The position numbers and the translations under genes were made by a program. A DNA stretch of 52,354 nucleotides from an uncultured Gammaproteobacteria bacterium (GTDB taxonomy: Bacteria > Patescibacteriota > Patescibacteriia > SBBC01 > CAIJZX01). Under the pieces are notes generated by a model. The model ran no database searches and was not told the DNA's origin. It saw only the letters and a list, made by a program, of their open reading frames with translations. Positions 42,026-50,861 of this stretch are shown one piece after another. The stretch's first letter is position 1. Each line of letters begins with the position of its first letter. Location of the stretch: the NCBI GenBank assembly GCA_964349465.1, contig CAYGGC010000008.1, positions 1 to 52,354 of the forward strand, given 5' to 3'.

Positions 42026-42149
42026 ATATAACGTCAGCGCGTATCTGTTGTTGCGCGAGTGTATCATATGCCGAAGGCGACACTCGCGCAATATACAGCG
42101 GAGACTCACCGTTTTGAGGGGAGTCTCCGCCAGATACGCGCTGTTAGTT
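42026..42149. repeat. attC-like site S6, three-way-junction type with an empty cargo loop
   Basis: ATATAAC-GTCA-GCGCGTATCTG, side hairpin TTGCGCGAGTGT..ACACTCGCGCAA, stem GCGGAGACTC..GAGTCTCCGC, CAGATACGCGC-T-GTTAGTT. Confidence 0.8.
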
Positions 42150-42305
42150 GTAGTATTTCTTTTCTTTTGTCCCGCTTAGCGGGACACGTTTACAAAAATT
42201 TTCCAATTTCTTTTTCTCAATCGGTCGCCGGGCAGAGGGGAATAAAAGGGGTGAATGCCCGGCGACCAAAACTGACATTCATACTCTCTCGTCAGTACCT
42301 ATAGA

Positions 42306-43382
42306 TTAAGCGACAAATTTTAATCTAACCCTAAATTGTGCCGCATCTTTCCAAGTTATTTTTTTATCATGGCAAAGACGCCCCGCAATAATTCCGGGAT
42401 GCACATTAATATCTTGTGCAAACTTAATTATTTTTGTCCGAGAAATATTCCCGGACCGGATAAAAGCGTTATATTCTTTTTGGGGAACTAAAATATCTCC
42501 AGCAAAAGTGTCTGCTTCTTTTTCTTTCTCATGTGATCCAGTAAGCCGAGCTCCGTCACTATTCTGAAACTCTAAAAACTTTTCTTTTTTGCCATGCAAT
42601 AAAATATGTCCTATTTCATGAAATAATGTAAACCAAAACATATCTGCATATGCACCCAAGAGACTTAGCTGAATAATTGGGTTATCTCCAATCCAGCGGA
42701 CAGCGCCATTAACACTAGTGCCTGGAAAGTGAGGCATATACACTAACGCAACTCCAGATTCAGCAAATAGTTTTTTAGCTTCAATGGAATAATCCCGCGG
42801 ATCACTTGCAGTAAGCTCCCTTAGTGTATTAACTGCTTGATTAAGATTAGTGGAAGAAAATGAGGAGATGGACATTTTTCTTGTTTCTAGCTCTCCACAA
42901 CGAAGCCAAGAGGCGATTGATTCGCTCTTTAAGCTAACACCGTCACGCTTTCGATAGGCAACATCTTCTGTTTGTCGTATAAAGGCGAGCGAGTTCACTC
43001 CAAAAAACTTCCAAAGATTTTCAACCCTTTTCTCTTTATTGCTTGTTTGTTCAACAAAACCACGCTTAACTAATTCAGAGTAAGGAAATTTAGACATTAA
43101 TGGTATTTCCTTTACTAACGATTCTACTTTCTCTAGACGAGCGATGGTTTCTTGATAATTTTTTTCTAAGTTAATCCAAAATGATGCAGTTCCACCAAGA
43201 GCATTTTCTAAAAGAAGGGCTGTCTCAACAGTAACCGAAGCCTCGCCATTAATTATTTGGCTAATATGTTTTTCCGTCAGCCCTGTTCGCTCACTAAGAT
43301 TTTTCTGCGACATACCTTCTCGCTCTAGAGAGCGGTCAATAATGTGACCGGGGTGTATTGCCTTGTCTGGTTTATAAACCAT
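42306..43382 (-). CDS. higA: HigA-family antitoxin (HTH) fused to an ImmA/IrrE-type metallopeptidase domain
   Basis: AIHPG, MSQK.LS.RTG..EKHISQIING, FWINLEKNY, FWFTLFHEIGH. Confidence 0.8.
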   Translation of the reverse strand: MVYKPDKAIHPGHIIDRSLEREGMSQKNLSERTGLTEKHISQIINGEASVTVETALLLENALGGTASFWINLEKNYQETIARLEKVESLVKEIPLMSKFPYSELVKRGFVEQTSNKEKRVENLWKFFGVNSLAFIRQTEDVAYRKRDGVSLKSESIASWLRCGELETRKMSISSFSSTNLNQAVNTLRELTASDPRDYSIEAKKLFAESGVALVYMPHFPGTSVNGAVRWIGDNPIIQLSLLGAYADMFWFTLFHEIGHILLHGKKEKFLEFQNSDGARLTGSHEKEKEADTFAGDILVPQKEYNAFIRSGNISRTKIIKFAQDINVHPGIIAGRLCHDKKITWKDAAQFRVRLKFVA

Positions 43383-43386
43383 GTTC

Positions 43387-43722
43387 CTAGTGATAATCTT
43401 TGAAAATTTCGATAATTACAATAGTCGTTATAGTTTTATAGTTATCGATGCGAAAATTTGGATCGCCGTCATGGTTGGGCTTGCAAATCAACCGATAGGT
43501 TTTAGTGACATCAATTGCAAAACATCCCTTATACTCCCCCTTAAGAGGATGTGGCCTGTAGCTTCTTGGGATATCAAACATTGAATTTGCTGAGCGTAAA
43601 ACTTCAATTGCGGCCAAAATATCGTCAGCATTACTTAGCCCTTTTTTGTTGTATTTCTTAACCAATGCCTTGTAATCATTGGCTAAAGATTCATGTTTGG
43701 GATTATCAAAGTCTATTTTCAT
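43387..43722 (-). CDS. higB: HigB/RelE-like toxin
   Basis: HPLKGEYKGCFAIDV...YRLI, IIEIFKDYH; lies upstream of the antitoxin. Confidence 0.75.
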   Translation of the reverse strand: MKIDFDNPKHESLANDYKALVKKYNKKGLSNADDILAAIEVLRSANSMFDIPRSYRPHPLKGEYKGCFAIDVTKTYRLICKPNHDGDPNFRIDNYKTITTIVIIEIFKDYH

Positions 43723-43851
43723 TATACTGGATCAAGGCGAATTAAGCAATATTTCCTTTACCTAGTTGGTAAAGAAAATTTACTACTATTTACTAAATTA
43801 AGCAAGCAAAATAAGCCCCACGTTGTCCTATGTGAGGTGGGGATAACTCTC

Positions 43852-45024
43852 CTATCGATTCCCTTTTGCTCTATTATGCCTTACACATAACATCTCACAA
43901 TTTCTTGCGCTCGTCTCACCTCCCTTGGCCCAAGCCTTGACATGATCAGCCTCCATCTCCTTCAGTTCCCATATTTTTCCCTTGTTAGCGTCATGTCCAA
44001 TTGCGCAATCAGGACAGTTTGATTTTTTCTTGTTTTTTGCTTCCTTCGTCTGCAAGGCATAAGCCGATCTTTTGGTCGCTTCTTCAAATACGCGAACGTT
44101 TAATAACTTTGTGTCAACAGAACCACCTAAAATATACTCAAAAACTCCTTTGCGACTCTTAATATATGAGTCACCGTAAAGTTTCTGCACCTCTTTTGAT
44201 ATTTCATTAGGATCATACTTGTTCTTGTGGTAAAGCTCGTATAATCGGCCCCACTCTAATCCACACATTTCGTTTTCTACGTCTTTAAAAGTATTTGAGG
44301 CCCAGTCTATGACATTATTGAAATACGTCTTGAGCTCTTTAATATCTGAAATGCGTCGATGACTGCTCATGTAATCCTTTATGGTGACCTGCTTTGCACT
44401 GCTTATCCATCCCAACGCTGTATGAAGAAAATCCTGCCTCCGTGCAGTCCCGCTGATATAAGCACTCCATTTTTGGGTATTGACATTTTGGCTGTTACTA
44501 AATTCCTCTTTAGCACGTGTCACAAATGGTCCAAAATACACAGCATTATTTTTCTCCTGCTCATTGAGAGCGATGCCGACAATATTAATGGTTTCAAACC
44601 AATTCATTATATCGGTTTCCGTGCCCTCACATTCATAAATCAAGAGTTTCGTGTTTTCAATTCTTGCTCTTTTTTCAGGAGCCATTCCGTCAAAATATTG
44701 TTCGTTACCGTCTTCATCCTTTATGGGAAACTTTTTACTCAGAAATCTTCCTATACTTGTGATACGTTGTTGGCCATCTAATATCTCAAATTTGTCTTTG
44801 CCAACTTTGTTGAAATAAATCAAACCTATTGGGTACTTTTTTAGGATTGATTCAATAACTCCGGCTTCTTTTTCTTCATCCTTATAGAGGTAATTTCTTT
44901 GATACTCTGGCTGAATAGTGAGTTTGCCGGACAAACCAAATAACCCCTTACCCTCAAGTTCGTTATATTCAAAACCTTCGCATATTTCTTTGACTGTAAT
45001 CCCGGTTCTTAAAGTTGCGTGCAT
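43852..45024 (-). CDS. DUF262 (ParB-like) plus C-terminal HNH domain protein, GmrSD-like
   Basis: QPEYQRNY, DGQQRITS, FETIN, CPDC..EADHVKAWAKGG..NCEMLC..HN. Confidence 0.85.
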   Translation of the reverse strand: MHATLRTGITVKEICEGFEYNELEGKGLFGLSGKLTIQPEYQRNYLYKDEEKEAGVIESILKKYPIGLIYFNKVGKDKFEILDGQQRITSIGRFLSKKFPIKDEDGNEQYFDGMAPEKRARIENTKLLIYECEGTETDIMNWFETINIVGIALNEQEKNNAVYFGPFVTRAKEEFSNSQNVNTQKWSAYISGTARRQDFLHTALGWISSAKQVTIKDYMSSHRRISDIKELKTYFNNVIDWASNTFKDVENEMCGLEWGRLYELYHKNKYDPNEISKEVQKLYGDSYIKSRKGVFEYILGGSVDTKLLNVRVFEEATKRSAYALQTKEAKNKKKSNCPDCAIGHDANKGKIWELKEMEADHVKAWAKGGETSARNCEMLCVRHNRAKGNR

Positions 45025-45025
45025 A

Positions 45026-46249
45026 TTATCTTTTCTTATGCCTTATAAAAATCCTTTGATACGCAGATTGAATAATGCGTCCTTCCTTATTAATAAAGTA
45101 ATTTTTCCTTCCGTCGTTGCCAACCAAATTTGCATTTTCATTTGTTTTCCCACCCGACGATCCTGTTTTTTTACCGTCCGGCCTTACTTCCAAGTAATCA
45201 TCGTATTTTTTTGTATCAGGAACCTCATCATGACAACCCCTTTGTGTGGCCCCTAAAATTTCAAACTGTTCGGGAAAGTATTTATCAAGAAAAGTAATTG
45301 GCACACCCATAACGCCTTTATAGTCACTAGGTATAGCATCGGTAAAGGGAATTTCAATAGCGTTATAATTGTCGTACTTTCTGAATTTTTTTTGACCTTT
45401 TAACTTCTTGTGGTATTTAAATATTTCCGTCATTTTCATCAGTTGTAATGGCTGGTGGCGTCGCCCATGGTCAAGATTAGTAAACCAACGAACACCTTTT
45501 ATGCGTAAATATCTTTTACCATCTTCACCAACTCTCCAGCCAGCAGCGTTTAACGGGTAATCATCTGGCACTTGAAATTCACGATCTCCGCTAGTGATGC
45601 TCGGCCCAAGCCAAACTTTGTTGTTCTTGATTAATGGAAAAACTTCCTTGTAAGTTACCGCGTTGATATTGCCAATAATAACGAATTTCTTTTTGTGCTC
45701 GATAAGCTGCTTAAAATAATACTTGCGAAACAAACTGAACGGAGGATTGGTTACTACAATATCAGACTGTTGAAGTAGATTTATACATTCTTCACTTCGA
45801 AAATCACCGTCGCCGTCAAGCGGAGCCCATTCGTTATGCTTATTTGTCTTTAGTTGTTTTGCAATGTCCTTCAAATTAAACTCACCGTCGCCGTCAAAGT
45901 CGCCAACCCTGTTGATTATGAACTTATTAGCACTTACCTTGGGTCGTCCTTTTGGCGTTGATGGGGCTTTGACATTACCAAAAAGTTCAAGCTGTGTATT
46001 TGCCACGGGAGAGGGTTTGTAGCTGGTAGTAATAAGTTGTCTTAACCCTAGCCTATTGAAATTTAGAACAAAGTATCGAAAAAAGTTGCTTTCGAATGGA
46101 TCATCGCAATTACAGTACACCACTTGCCCGCGAAAAACGTTAGAATTGAATTCTAAATAAGTTTCAATTTCTTTTTGGATGTCCTGATACTGGGTATAGA
46201 ATTCATCCTTTTTCGCTGCTTTTGCTGAATGAAGATTCTTGTTCGCCAT
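45026..46249 (-). CDS. Adenine-specific methyltransferase, EcoRI family
   Basis: AK..KKDEFYT, VVYCNCDDP, GDFRSEEC, TNPPFSLFR, MGVPITFLDKY. Confidence 0.88.
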   Translation of the reverse strand: MANKNLHSAKAAKKDEFYTQYQDIQKEIETYLEFNSNVFRGQVVYCNCDDPFESNFFRYFVLNFNRLGLRQLITTSYKPSPVANTQLELFGNVKAPSTPKGRPKVSANKFIINRVGDFDGDGEFNLKDIAKQLKTNKHNEWAPLDGDGDFRSEECINLLQQSDIVVTNPPFSLFRKYYFKQLIEHKKKFVIIGNINAVTYKEVFPLIKNNKVWLGPSITSGDREFQVPDDYPLNAAGWRVGEDGKRYLRIKGVRWFTNLDHGRRHQPLQLMKMTEIFKYHKKLKGQKKFRKYDNYNAIEIPFTDAIPSDYKGVMGVPITFLDKYFPEQFEILGATQRGCHDEVPDTKKYDDYLEVRPDGKKTGSSGGKTNENANLVGNDGRKNYFINKEGRIIQSAYQRIFIRHKKR

Positions 46250-46250
46250 T

Positions 46251-46946
46251 TTATTTCCCTCTTGCAATATCTATCTGATTTTGAATGTACTGATCTCCAG
46301 CAGCTTCAATTTCTTCTTGGGTTGGTTCATCATCTTCTTCCACGCGTTGTCGGCGCTCATCTAACGTTTCACCGTCGTAGAGCCAATATCCTGGTCCTTG
46401 GGGCCAGTGTTTACTGCCTAACACTAAAGCAGCGGCTTCGGACGAGGACATCTCTTTATCTTTGAAGATTACATGTTTCTGATCCGGGGCAACTTTACAA
46501 GTAATACCTTCATCTCTAATAAATTTTAGTTCTGCCCCAACAGGAATTTCTACCATTTTAAAGTTAAAGGCAGACCTTTTCTTCCGAGCCCTTTCAATTG
46601 CAACGGCGTCTTCTTTAGATTCAACTCCAGCGTCTCGTGAGGGGGTTACATCTTCAAGGGCTAATAGTTTTACTATTGCGATAACTCGCTCGGGCGAAAT
46701 GTTAAAAAATTCTCTTCTTGGATTAATTCGATGATCACCAAAGGCGTCGTGTAAGGCTGCTTCCACTTTATTCATATCAGCTACTTTTGCAGCATAATAA
46801 CATTCAAACGGTAACGGAACTGCAGATGATCGTGACAGTTCAAGAATTCTCTGTTCAACTGACGTGCTAGTCTTACCGATCTTTATGTAACCAGGCATCG
46901 CCTCGTTCGTCAGAATGTAGATGATTTCACTCATAATCAATGTCAT
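46251..46946 (-). CDS. GIY-YIG nuclease-like protein (T5orf172/Mug113 family)
   Basis: IIYILTNEAMPGYIKIGKT, VPLPFEC, E..LH..F...RINPRREFF. Start uncertain (46934-47003). Confidence 0.8.
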   Translation of the reverse strand: MTLIMSEIIYILTNEAMPGYIKIGKTSTSVEQRILELSRSSAVPLPFECYYAAKVADMNKVEAALHDAFGDHRINPRREFFNISPERVIAIVKLLALEDVTPSRDAGVESKEDAVAIERARKKRSAFNFKMVEIPVGAELKFIRDEGITCKVAPDQKHVIFKDKEMSSSEAAALVLGSKHWPQGPGYWLYDGETLDERRQRVEEDDEPTQEEIEAAGDQYIQNQIDIARGK

Positions 46947-47311
46947 TGTATTCCCTTTCCCCTCAAAAACAAAGCGTTTCGTAGCGAAGCGGAGAAACAC
47001 CATATTTCCCCTCTATTCAAAGAAAAAGAAATTGGAAAATTTTTGTAAACACTCGGGCGACAGCCCGAGAAAAGAAAAGAAATATTTCGACTAACGTTTG
47101 CGGATATGAGAAGTTGCTGCTTCCTTCCGGCGGTACAATAGTACCACCGCCGGAAGGAAGCAGCAATTTGGACGAAGGAAATCGGGTTTGTTAGAGTATT
47201 GACAAATACCCCATAATGCTGTATTATGCACGGTCGCTCTTTACATACGTTTACCTCCGGTTTTCTGTCCATGTTGTTCAACCTGGGTAGAAACCTACGG
47301 AGGGAAATACG

Positions 47312-47707
47312 ATGCCGAAATGGGCCACGCATTCGACTGCAAAACCCGAGCGGTTCACGAACATCATGACACTCGTTGCCAGCGAAATGGCCGGCCAAGA
47401 AGTATCAGCGTCTGAGCTGTGCATCTCCTACCATTTCATCGACGAAGCCTTGGCTCAGGAGATCGCTGCGAATGCACTGAAGCCGGAACAGGCGAAGCTG
47501 TTCCACCAGATGCGCGCCATCAGCTACACTGCGTTCGAAACGCCGCGTGCCTGGTGGCAGTTCTGGATCAAACCGCATGAGATCACCTGGTTCGACTTCG
47601 CCGAGCGCTGTGGTCACGACGACTCATCATTCTGGGTGATTTGGGAGGGCGCCGAGCATCGGATCATCGAGTACCTCAAGCCGCGAGTCCGGTTGGTGAT
47701 TATCTAG
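47312..47707 (+). CDS. Hypothetical protein
   Basis: GGAGG RBS; promoter TTGACA(47199)-18 nt-TATTAT. Confidence 0.65.
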   Translation: MPKWATHSTAKPERFTNIMTLVASEMAGQEVSASELCISYHFIDEALAQEIAANALKPEQAKLFHQMRAISYTAFETPRAWWQFWIKPHEITWFDFAERCGHDDSSFWVIWEGAEHRIIEYLKPRVRLVII

Positions 47708-47716
47708 GAGGGTACA

Positions 47717-48016
47717 ATGGCTGATACACGCTGCCCATCTGTATTCATCCACGACGACGTGGAACCTGGTGAGCACTTCTTTCTTGGTAACCACCTCAAT
47801 GTTACTGAGTCGGTTAGCGCTGCCTACAGCGCCGAGGATCTCAGAGCGACGTTGCAGTATCTTCGTGACCTCGCAAAACGGTTTGACGGACTGCATTACG
47901 AGCAGACGTTCCTCAACGCACGTTTGCCGGATGAGACCGATTTGATCGGCGAATCGATCATCTTCTCAGATAACGGCATGATCGACGTCAGCTTTCAGCA
48001 CGAAGTCTGGAAGTGA
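47717..48016 (+). CDS. Hypothetical acidic protein
   Basis: AGGAGG RBS; operonic with the preceding gene. Confidence 0.65.
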   Translation: MADTRCPSVFIHDDVEPGEHFFLGNHLNVTESVSAAYSAEDLRATLQYLRDLAKRFDGLHYEQTFLNARLPDETDLIGESIIFSDNGMIDVSFQHEVWK

Positions 48017-48040
48017 GCTGAGTTCAGAACAATGCCACGC

Positions 48041-48110
48041 CTGCACCTTCGCGACCCCGCGTCGCCGTACGAACCCCCGTTTCTCACCGAAACGCGATAA
48101 GGGGTTCTTT
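48041..48110 (+). repeat. ~70-bp structured direct repeat / terminator-like element, copy 1
   Basis: GCGAC-CCCGC-GTCGC hairpin, then GAACCCC-CGTTTC-TCACC-GAAACG-N6-GGGGTTC-TTT. Confidence 0.85.
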
Positions 48111-48124
48111 GCTTACTCGGGATA

Positions 48125-48205
48125 TTGACACCACCCGCCCCTTTGCTAGGGTGTTTGTAGCCGTTCATTATATTATATATAGCGTACTAGCCGCAGCGCC
48201 GGTAC
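48125..48205 (+). promoter_or_regulatory. Duplicated promoter/leader, copy 1
   Basis: TTGACAccacccgcccctttgcTAGGGT plus a leader similar to 50307-50390. Confidence 0.7.
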
Positions 48206-48300
48206 CAGGTCCTCGGACCTTGTTCCAGCGCTGCGGCTACTTTCTTTGCCCAGCCCGTACTCCGACGAACCCGGATGACGTTCAAGAGGAGGATGACGCC

Positions 48301-48717
48301 ATGGGTACGCCCGTGTCCCCATCCAAAGACACCACGATCACGCCAGGGCAGATCGATAAGATCCAGGAACTTCTTGCGGCCTCGTTGCGAAAGAGCAAAG
48401 GCCTCAAAAGCCACTGGGTACAACACGTGCTTGAGACGCGCGGCCAATTTCTCATCAACATGTTCCTACATGAGCTGGAAGGCTGGTGTTTCGCAGCAGA
48501 AATAGAGGAACACTTCCCGGGCCCGGTGCCCAAGTCGCTACCGAACTTTCCTGCCTCATGGCGGGAGAGCTCCAAGTATTTCTGTCGGCACTGCGGCGCA
48601 TCAGCTTGGGTTCACTGGCAGGATCCCAACTTCGTCGGCTGTGCCAAGTGCGGGTACTGCACCGGAGCGGTAGCAGTGCACTTTCGTCTTGCAGACGAAG
48701 ATGGAGCGTCCGCATGA
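48301..48717 (+). CDS. Hypothetical protein with C-terminal Zn-ribbon (CxxC..CxxC)
   Basis: GAGGAGG RBS before ATG 48301; CRHC..CAKC. Confidence 0.65.
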   Translation: MGTPVSPSKDTTITPGQIDKIQELLAASLRKSKGLKSHWVQHVLETRGQFLINMFLHELEGWCFAAEIEEHFPGPVPKSLPNFPASWRESSKYFCRHCGASAWVHWQDPNFVGCAKCGYCTGAVAVHFRLADEDGASA

Positions 48718-48968
48718 CCGCTCGTATCTACACACTCGACGGTCATCGCTACCTGTCCTCCGGACAAGTCGCTACCTTGCTCAAGATTGATCAGCGCACT
48801 GCACTGCGGTGGGTCGCGCGACTTCAGAACGGCACGGCACCCGAGGTACTGAAAGCGCTCGTCTGGACGCAGGACCCGTCAAACAACTTCGTGTACTTCC
48901 GCGAAGACACCGTGCTCGCACTCAAGAAGGTTCTCGACACCCACCGTCCGCAACGGATTCGGAGATAG
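48714..48968 (+). CDS. Small helix-turn-helix protein (excisionase/MerR-like fold)
   Basis: YLSSGQVATLLKIDQRTALRWV..N.VYF; ATGA coupling with the upstream gene. Confidence 0.65.
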   Translation: MTARIYTLDGHRYLSSGQVATLLKIDQRTALRWVARLQNGTAPEVLKALVWTQDPSNNFVYFREDTVLALKKVLDTHRPQRIRR

Positions 48969-48976
48969 GAGGAATC

Positions 48977-49222
48977 GTGAGAGACATCTCGCCAAAGGAC
49001 GCAACAATCCTCACGGTCATTGCCCAGAACTCAGGGATGTCAGTCCAGCGCTTGGACACGTTCCTCAAGCTGGCAGACGACCCCGACGAGATTCGGTCGG
49101 AGGCCGAAGAGCTCGTTGATGCCATTCGGCCGCCGGGCCACATCATGTCCGAAGGGGCCGAAGGTCTTCGTGAGTGGGTCAGAGGAAATCGCTGTGGCCT
49201 CAGAAACAGGAGGAGTCCGTGA
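48977..49222 (+). CDS. Hypothetical protein
   Basis: AGGAGG RBS and GTG start. Confidence 0.55.
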   Translation: MRDISPKDATILTVIAQNSGMSVQRLDTFLKLADDPDEIRSEAEELVDAIRPPGHIMSEGAEGLREWVRGNRCGLRNRRSP

Positions 49223-49422
49223 ATCGATCTTCTATTGAGGAGACCAAAGCTCTGCTCGGGCGGAAGATCTCCGGTGAGGAGCTCTCGCCAAGCGAAGAGG
49301 CTGACCTTGCATCACGATTGACGCAACACCAGGGTGCGAATCGGATTTATAGACGACTTGAGGGCACACTGATGTTGCTCGCCATCGTGGTCCTCGCCCT
49401 GAAGGTGATATTTCACTGGTGA
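49219..49422 (+). CDS. Small protein with C-terminal TM
   Basis: AGGAGG RBS, GTGA overlap with the upstream stop. Confidence 0.55.
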   Translation: MNRSSIEETKALLGRKISGEELSPSEEADLASRLTQHQGANRIYRRLEGTLMLLAIVVLALKVIFHW

Positions 49423-49459
49423 ACACGTCCCACTCTCGATCGTTCCTCAGGAGGTCACC

Positions 49460-49600
49460 ATGCGTATCCTCCGCGCGTTCTTCCGAGCGTTGTGGTGCCA
49501 CGTTGCGGACCACAAGTGGGTCTGGGTTGCAGACAAAGACGGCGTCAGAACGATGCGTTGTGAACGCTGCACTACGACCAATTCAGGAGAGATCATCTAG
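49460..49600 (+). CDS. 46-aa putative Zn-binding protein (C..H.W...CERC, DUF1660-like), not in the ORF track
   Basis: AGGAGGT RBS; MRILRAFFRALWCHVADHKWVW..RCERC. Confidence 0.55.
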   Translation: MRILRAFFRALWCHVADHKWVWVADKDGVRTMRCERCTTTNSGEII

Positions 49601-49623
49601 GCACACTTTCTAAGGAGGCGGGG

Positions 49624-49806
49624 ATGATAAGTATACCCAGGCGTCTACGGCTTCTCCTATTGGCCATCGGCTGGAAAGTACCGATTCAAGAACAGCACGT
49701 GGATGCGCTCGCCGACAAGATCGGTCGAGAACTCGATGAAGATGGCAAGCATCCGAGTGAGCGTTCCGCCAAAGGTGGAGGAACGCAGCCCGGACGTTCG
49801 CACTGA
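49624..49806 (+). CDS. Hypothetical protein (60 aa)
   Basis: TAAGGAGG RBS; followed by repeat copy 2. Confidence 0.55.
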   Translation: MISIPRRLRLLLLAIGWKVPIQEQHVDALADKIGRELDEDGKHPSERSAKGGGTQPGRSH

Positions 49807-49831
49807 GTGAAGTTTAAAACAACTGCTGTCT

Positions 49832-49901
49832 CTGCACCTTCGCGACCCCGCGTCGCCGTACGAACCCCCGTTTCTCACCGAAACGCGTCAAGGGGTTCTT
49901 T
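49832..49901 (+). repeat. ~70-bp structured direct repeat, copy 2
   Basis: Identical to 48041-48110 except in the bulge (CGTCAA vs CGATAA). Confidence 0.85.
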
Positions 49902-49918
49902 ATTTTTTGAGAGCTGAG

Positions 49919-50242
49919 TTACTTCCACTCACGCTGCTTGTTGATGTCTTCCTTGTCTCGGAACGCTTTCTCCAAGTCAATCCCGAGGTGGTTGCAGATC
50001 TCAAGCAAGAAGATGAACACGTCAGCCGCCTCATGCTGCAGCTCTGAGTGCCCCTGCTCATCCCGAGTCTTAATAGCCGCCACTTTGCGTGCGGCTTTTG
50101 CGAGTTCACCTGATTCCTCAAGCAACAGCATGAATAGGGCAGAAAGTGGTTGCCCCTCAAAACCGCGCTGACTGTACATCATCGCGACGTACTCTTGGAA
50201 GTCCTTCAGTGTTGGTGTGTGAGGGAGTTCTAGTGATTGCAT
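49919..50242 (-). CDS. MazG-like nucleotide pyrophosphohydrolase
   Basis: LLEESGELAKAARK..EAADVFIFLLEICNHLGIDLEKAF..K..IN..R.W. Confidence 0.85.
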   Translation of the reverse strand: MQSLELPHTPTLKDFQEYVAMMYSQRGFEGQPLSALFMLLLEESGELAKAARKVAAIKTRDEQGHSELQHEAADVFIFLLEICNHLGIDLEKAFRDKEDINKQREWK

Positions 50243-50306
50243 AGGCTGTCATAGTAAAAAATCTGATATCTGTTTAGTATACCAAAGCCAGGCCGAACCA
50301 TACATC

Positions 50307-50390
50307 TTGACACCATCTGCCCCTTTGCTAGGGTGGGTGTACTTGTTCCTTACACTAAATATGTAGTATTAGCTGCAGCGCTGGAGCAAG
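50307..50390 (+). promoter_or_regulatory. Duplicated promoter/leader, copy 2
   Basis: TTGACAccatctgcccctttgcTAGGGT..TAGCTGCAGCGC. Confidence 0.7.
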
Positions 50391-50496
50391 AAGCGGGTCG
50401 TTTTTCTCGCTTGCGCTGCGTTTACTGTTTGGCGTCTCTCGATCATCCATCATCTACTCAACCTCGCGATGGGTGTCACAATCTAGGAGGTCAACC

Positions 50497-50784
50497 TTGA
50501 GTTCAACGAGGATCTTTTTGGCGCTGACTTTCGCTGCACTCCTGGCCGGTGCATGTGAGGTAGACTACGGCACCCGCAAAGCAATGGCTGGCCAAACCGT
50601 AATCATCGGACTCGGCGATGGGAGAAATCGGACCTTTCTCGTTCCGCCGAATCACAAGTACATAGTCCGCAAGTTCACCTCGGATGTCTGGATCGAAGAT
50701 TACACTCCTCCGACCTCAGAGGTTGGGCAGAGAAGGATATACACGGTCGAAGGGAACTTCGTCCGTTCAATCGAAATCCACTAG
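50497..50784 (+). CDS. Putative lipoprotein / exported hypothetical protein
   Basis: AGGAGGT then TTG start; hydrophobic stretch with a lipobox-like LAGAC. Confidence 0.55.
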   Translation: MSSTRIFLALTFAALLAGACEVDYGTRKAMAGQTVIIGLGDGRNRTFLVPPNHKYIVRKFTSDVWIEDYTPPTSEVGQRRIYTVEGNFVRSIEIH

Positions 50785-50796
50785 CGCACTCACACA

Positions 50797-50861
50797 ACCT
50801 CGCGACCTTGCGTCGCCGTACAAACCCCCGTTTCTCACCGAAACGCGTTAAGGGGTTCTTT
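50797..50861 (+). repeat. ~65-bp structured direct repeat, copy 3
   Basis: CGCGACCTTGCGTCGCCGTACAAACCCCCGTTTCTCACCGAAACGCGTTAAGGGGTTCTTT. Confidence 0.85.

Noticed and set aside
41942..42304. ORF extension to 42109 and ORF 42059..42304
   Set aside because: They run across the S6 palindrome and terminal arms and are most likely non-coding.
36939..47095. IS, MITE or composite transposon interpretation of the inverted arms
   Set aside because: No transposase and no target-site duplications seen; the arms always end exactly at the GTT/AAC cores of neighbouring sites.
47189..47195. GTTAGAG as the right core of S7, making S7 a short or truncated site
   Set aside because: No complement of stem1 precedes it; the true closing arm is at 50882-50919.
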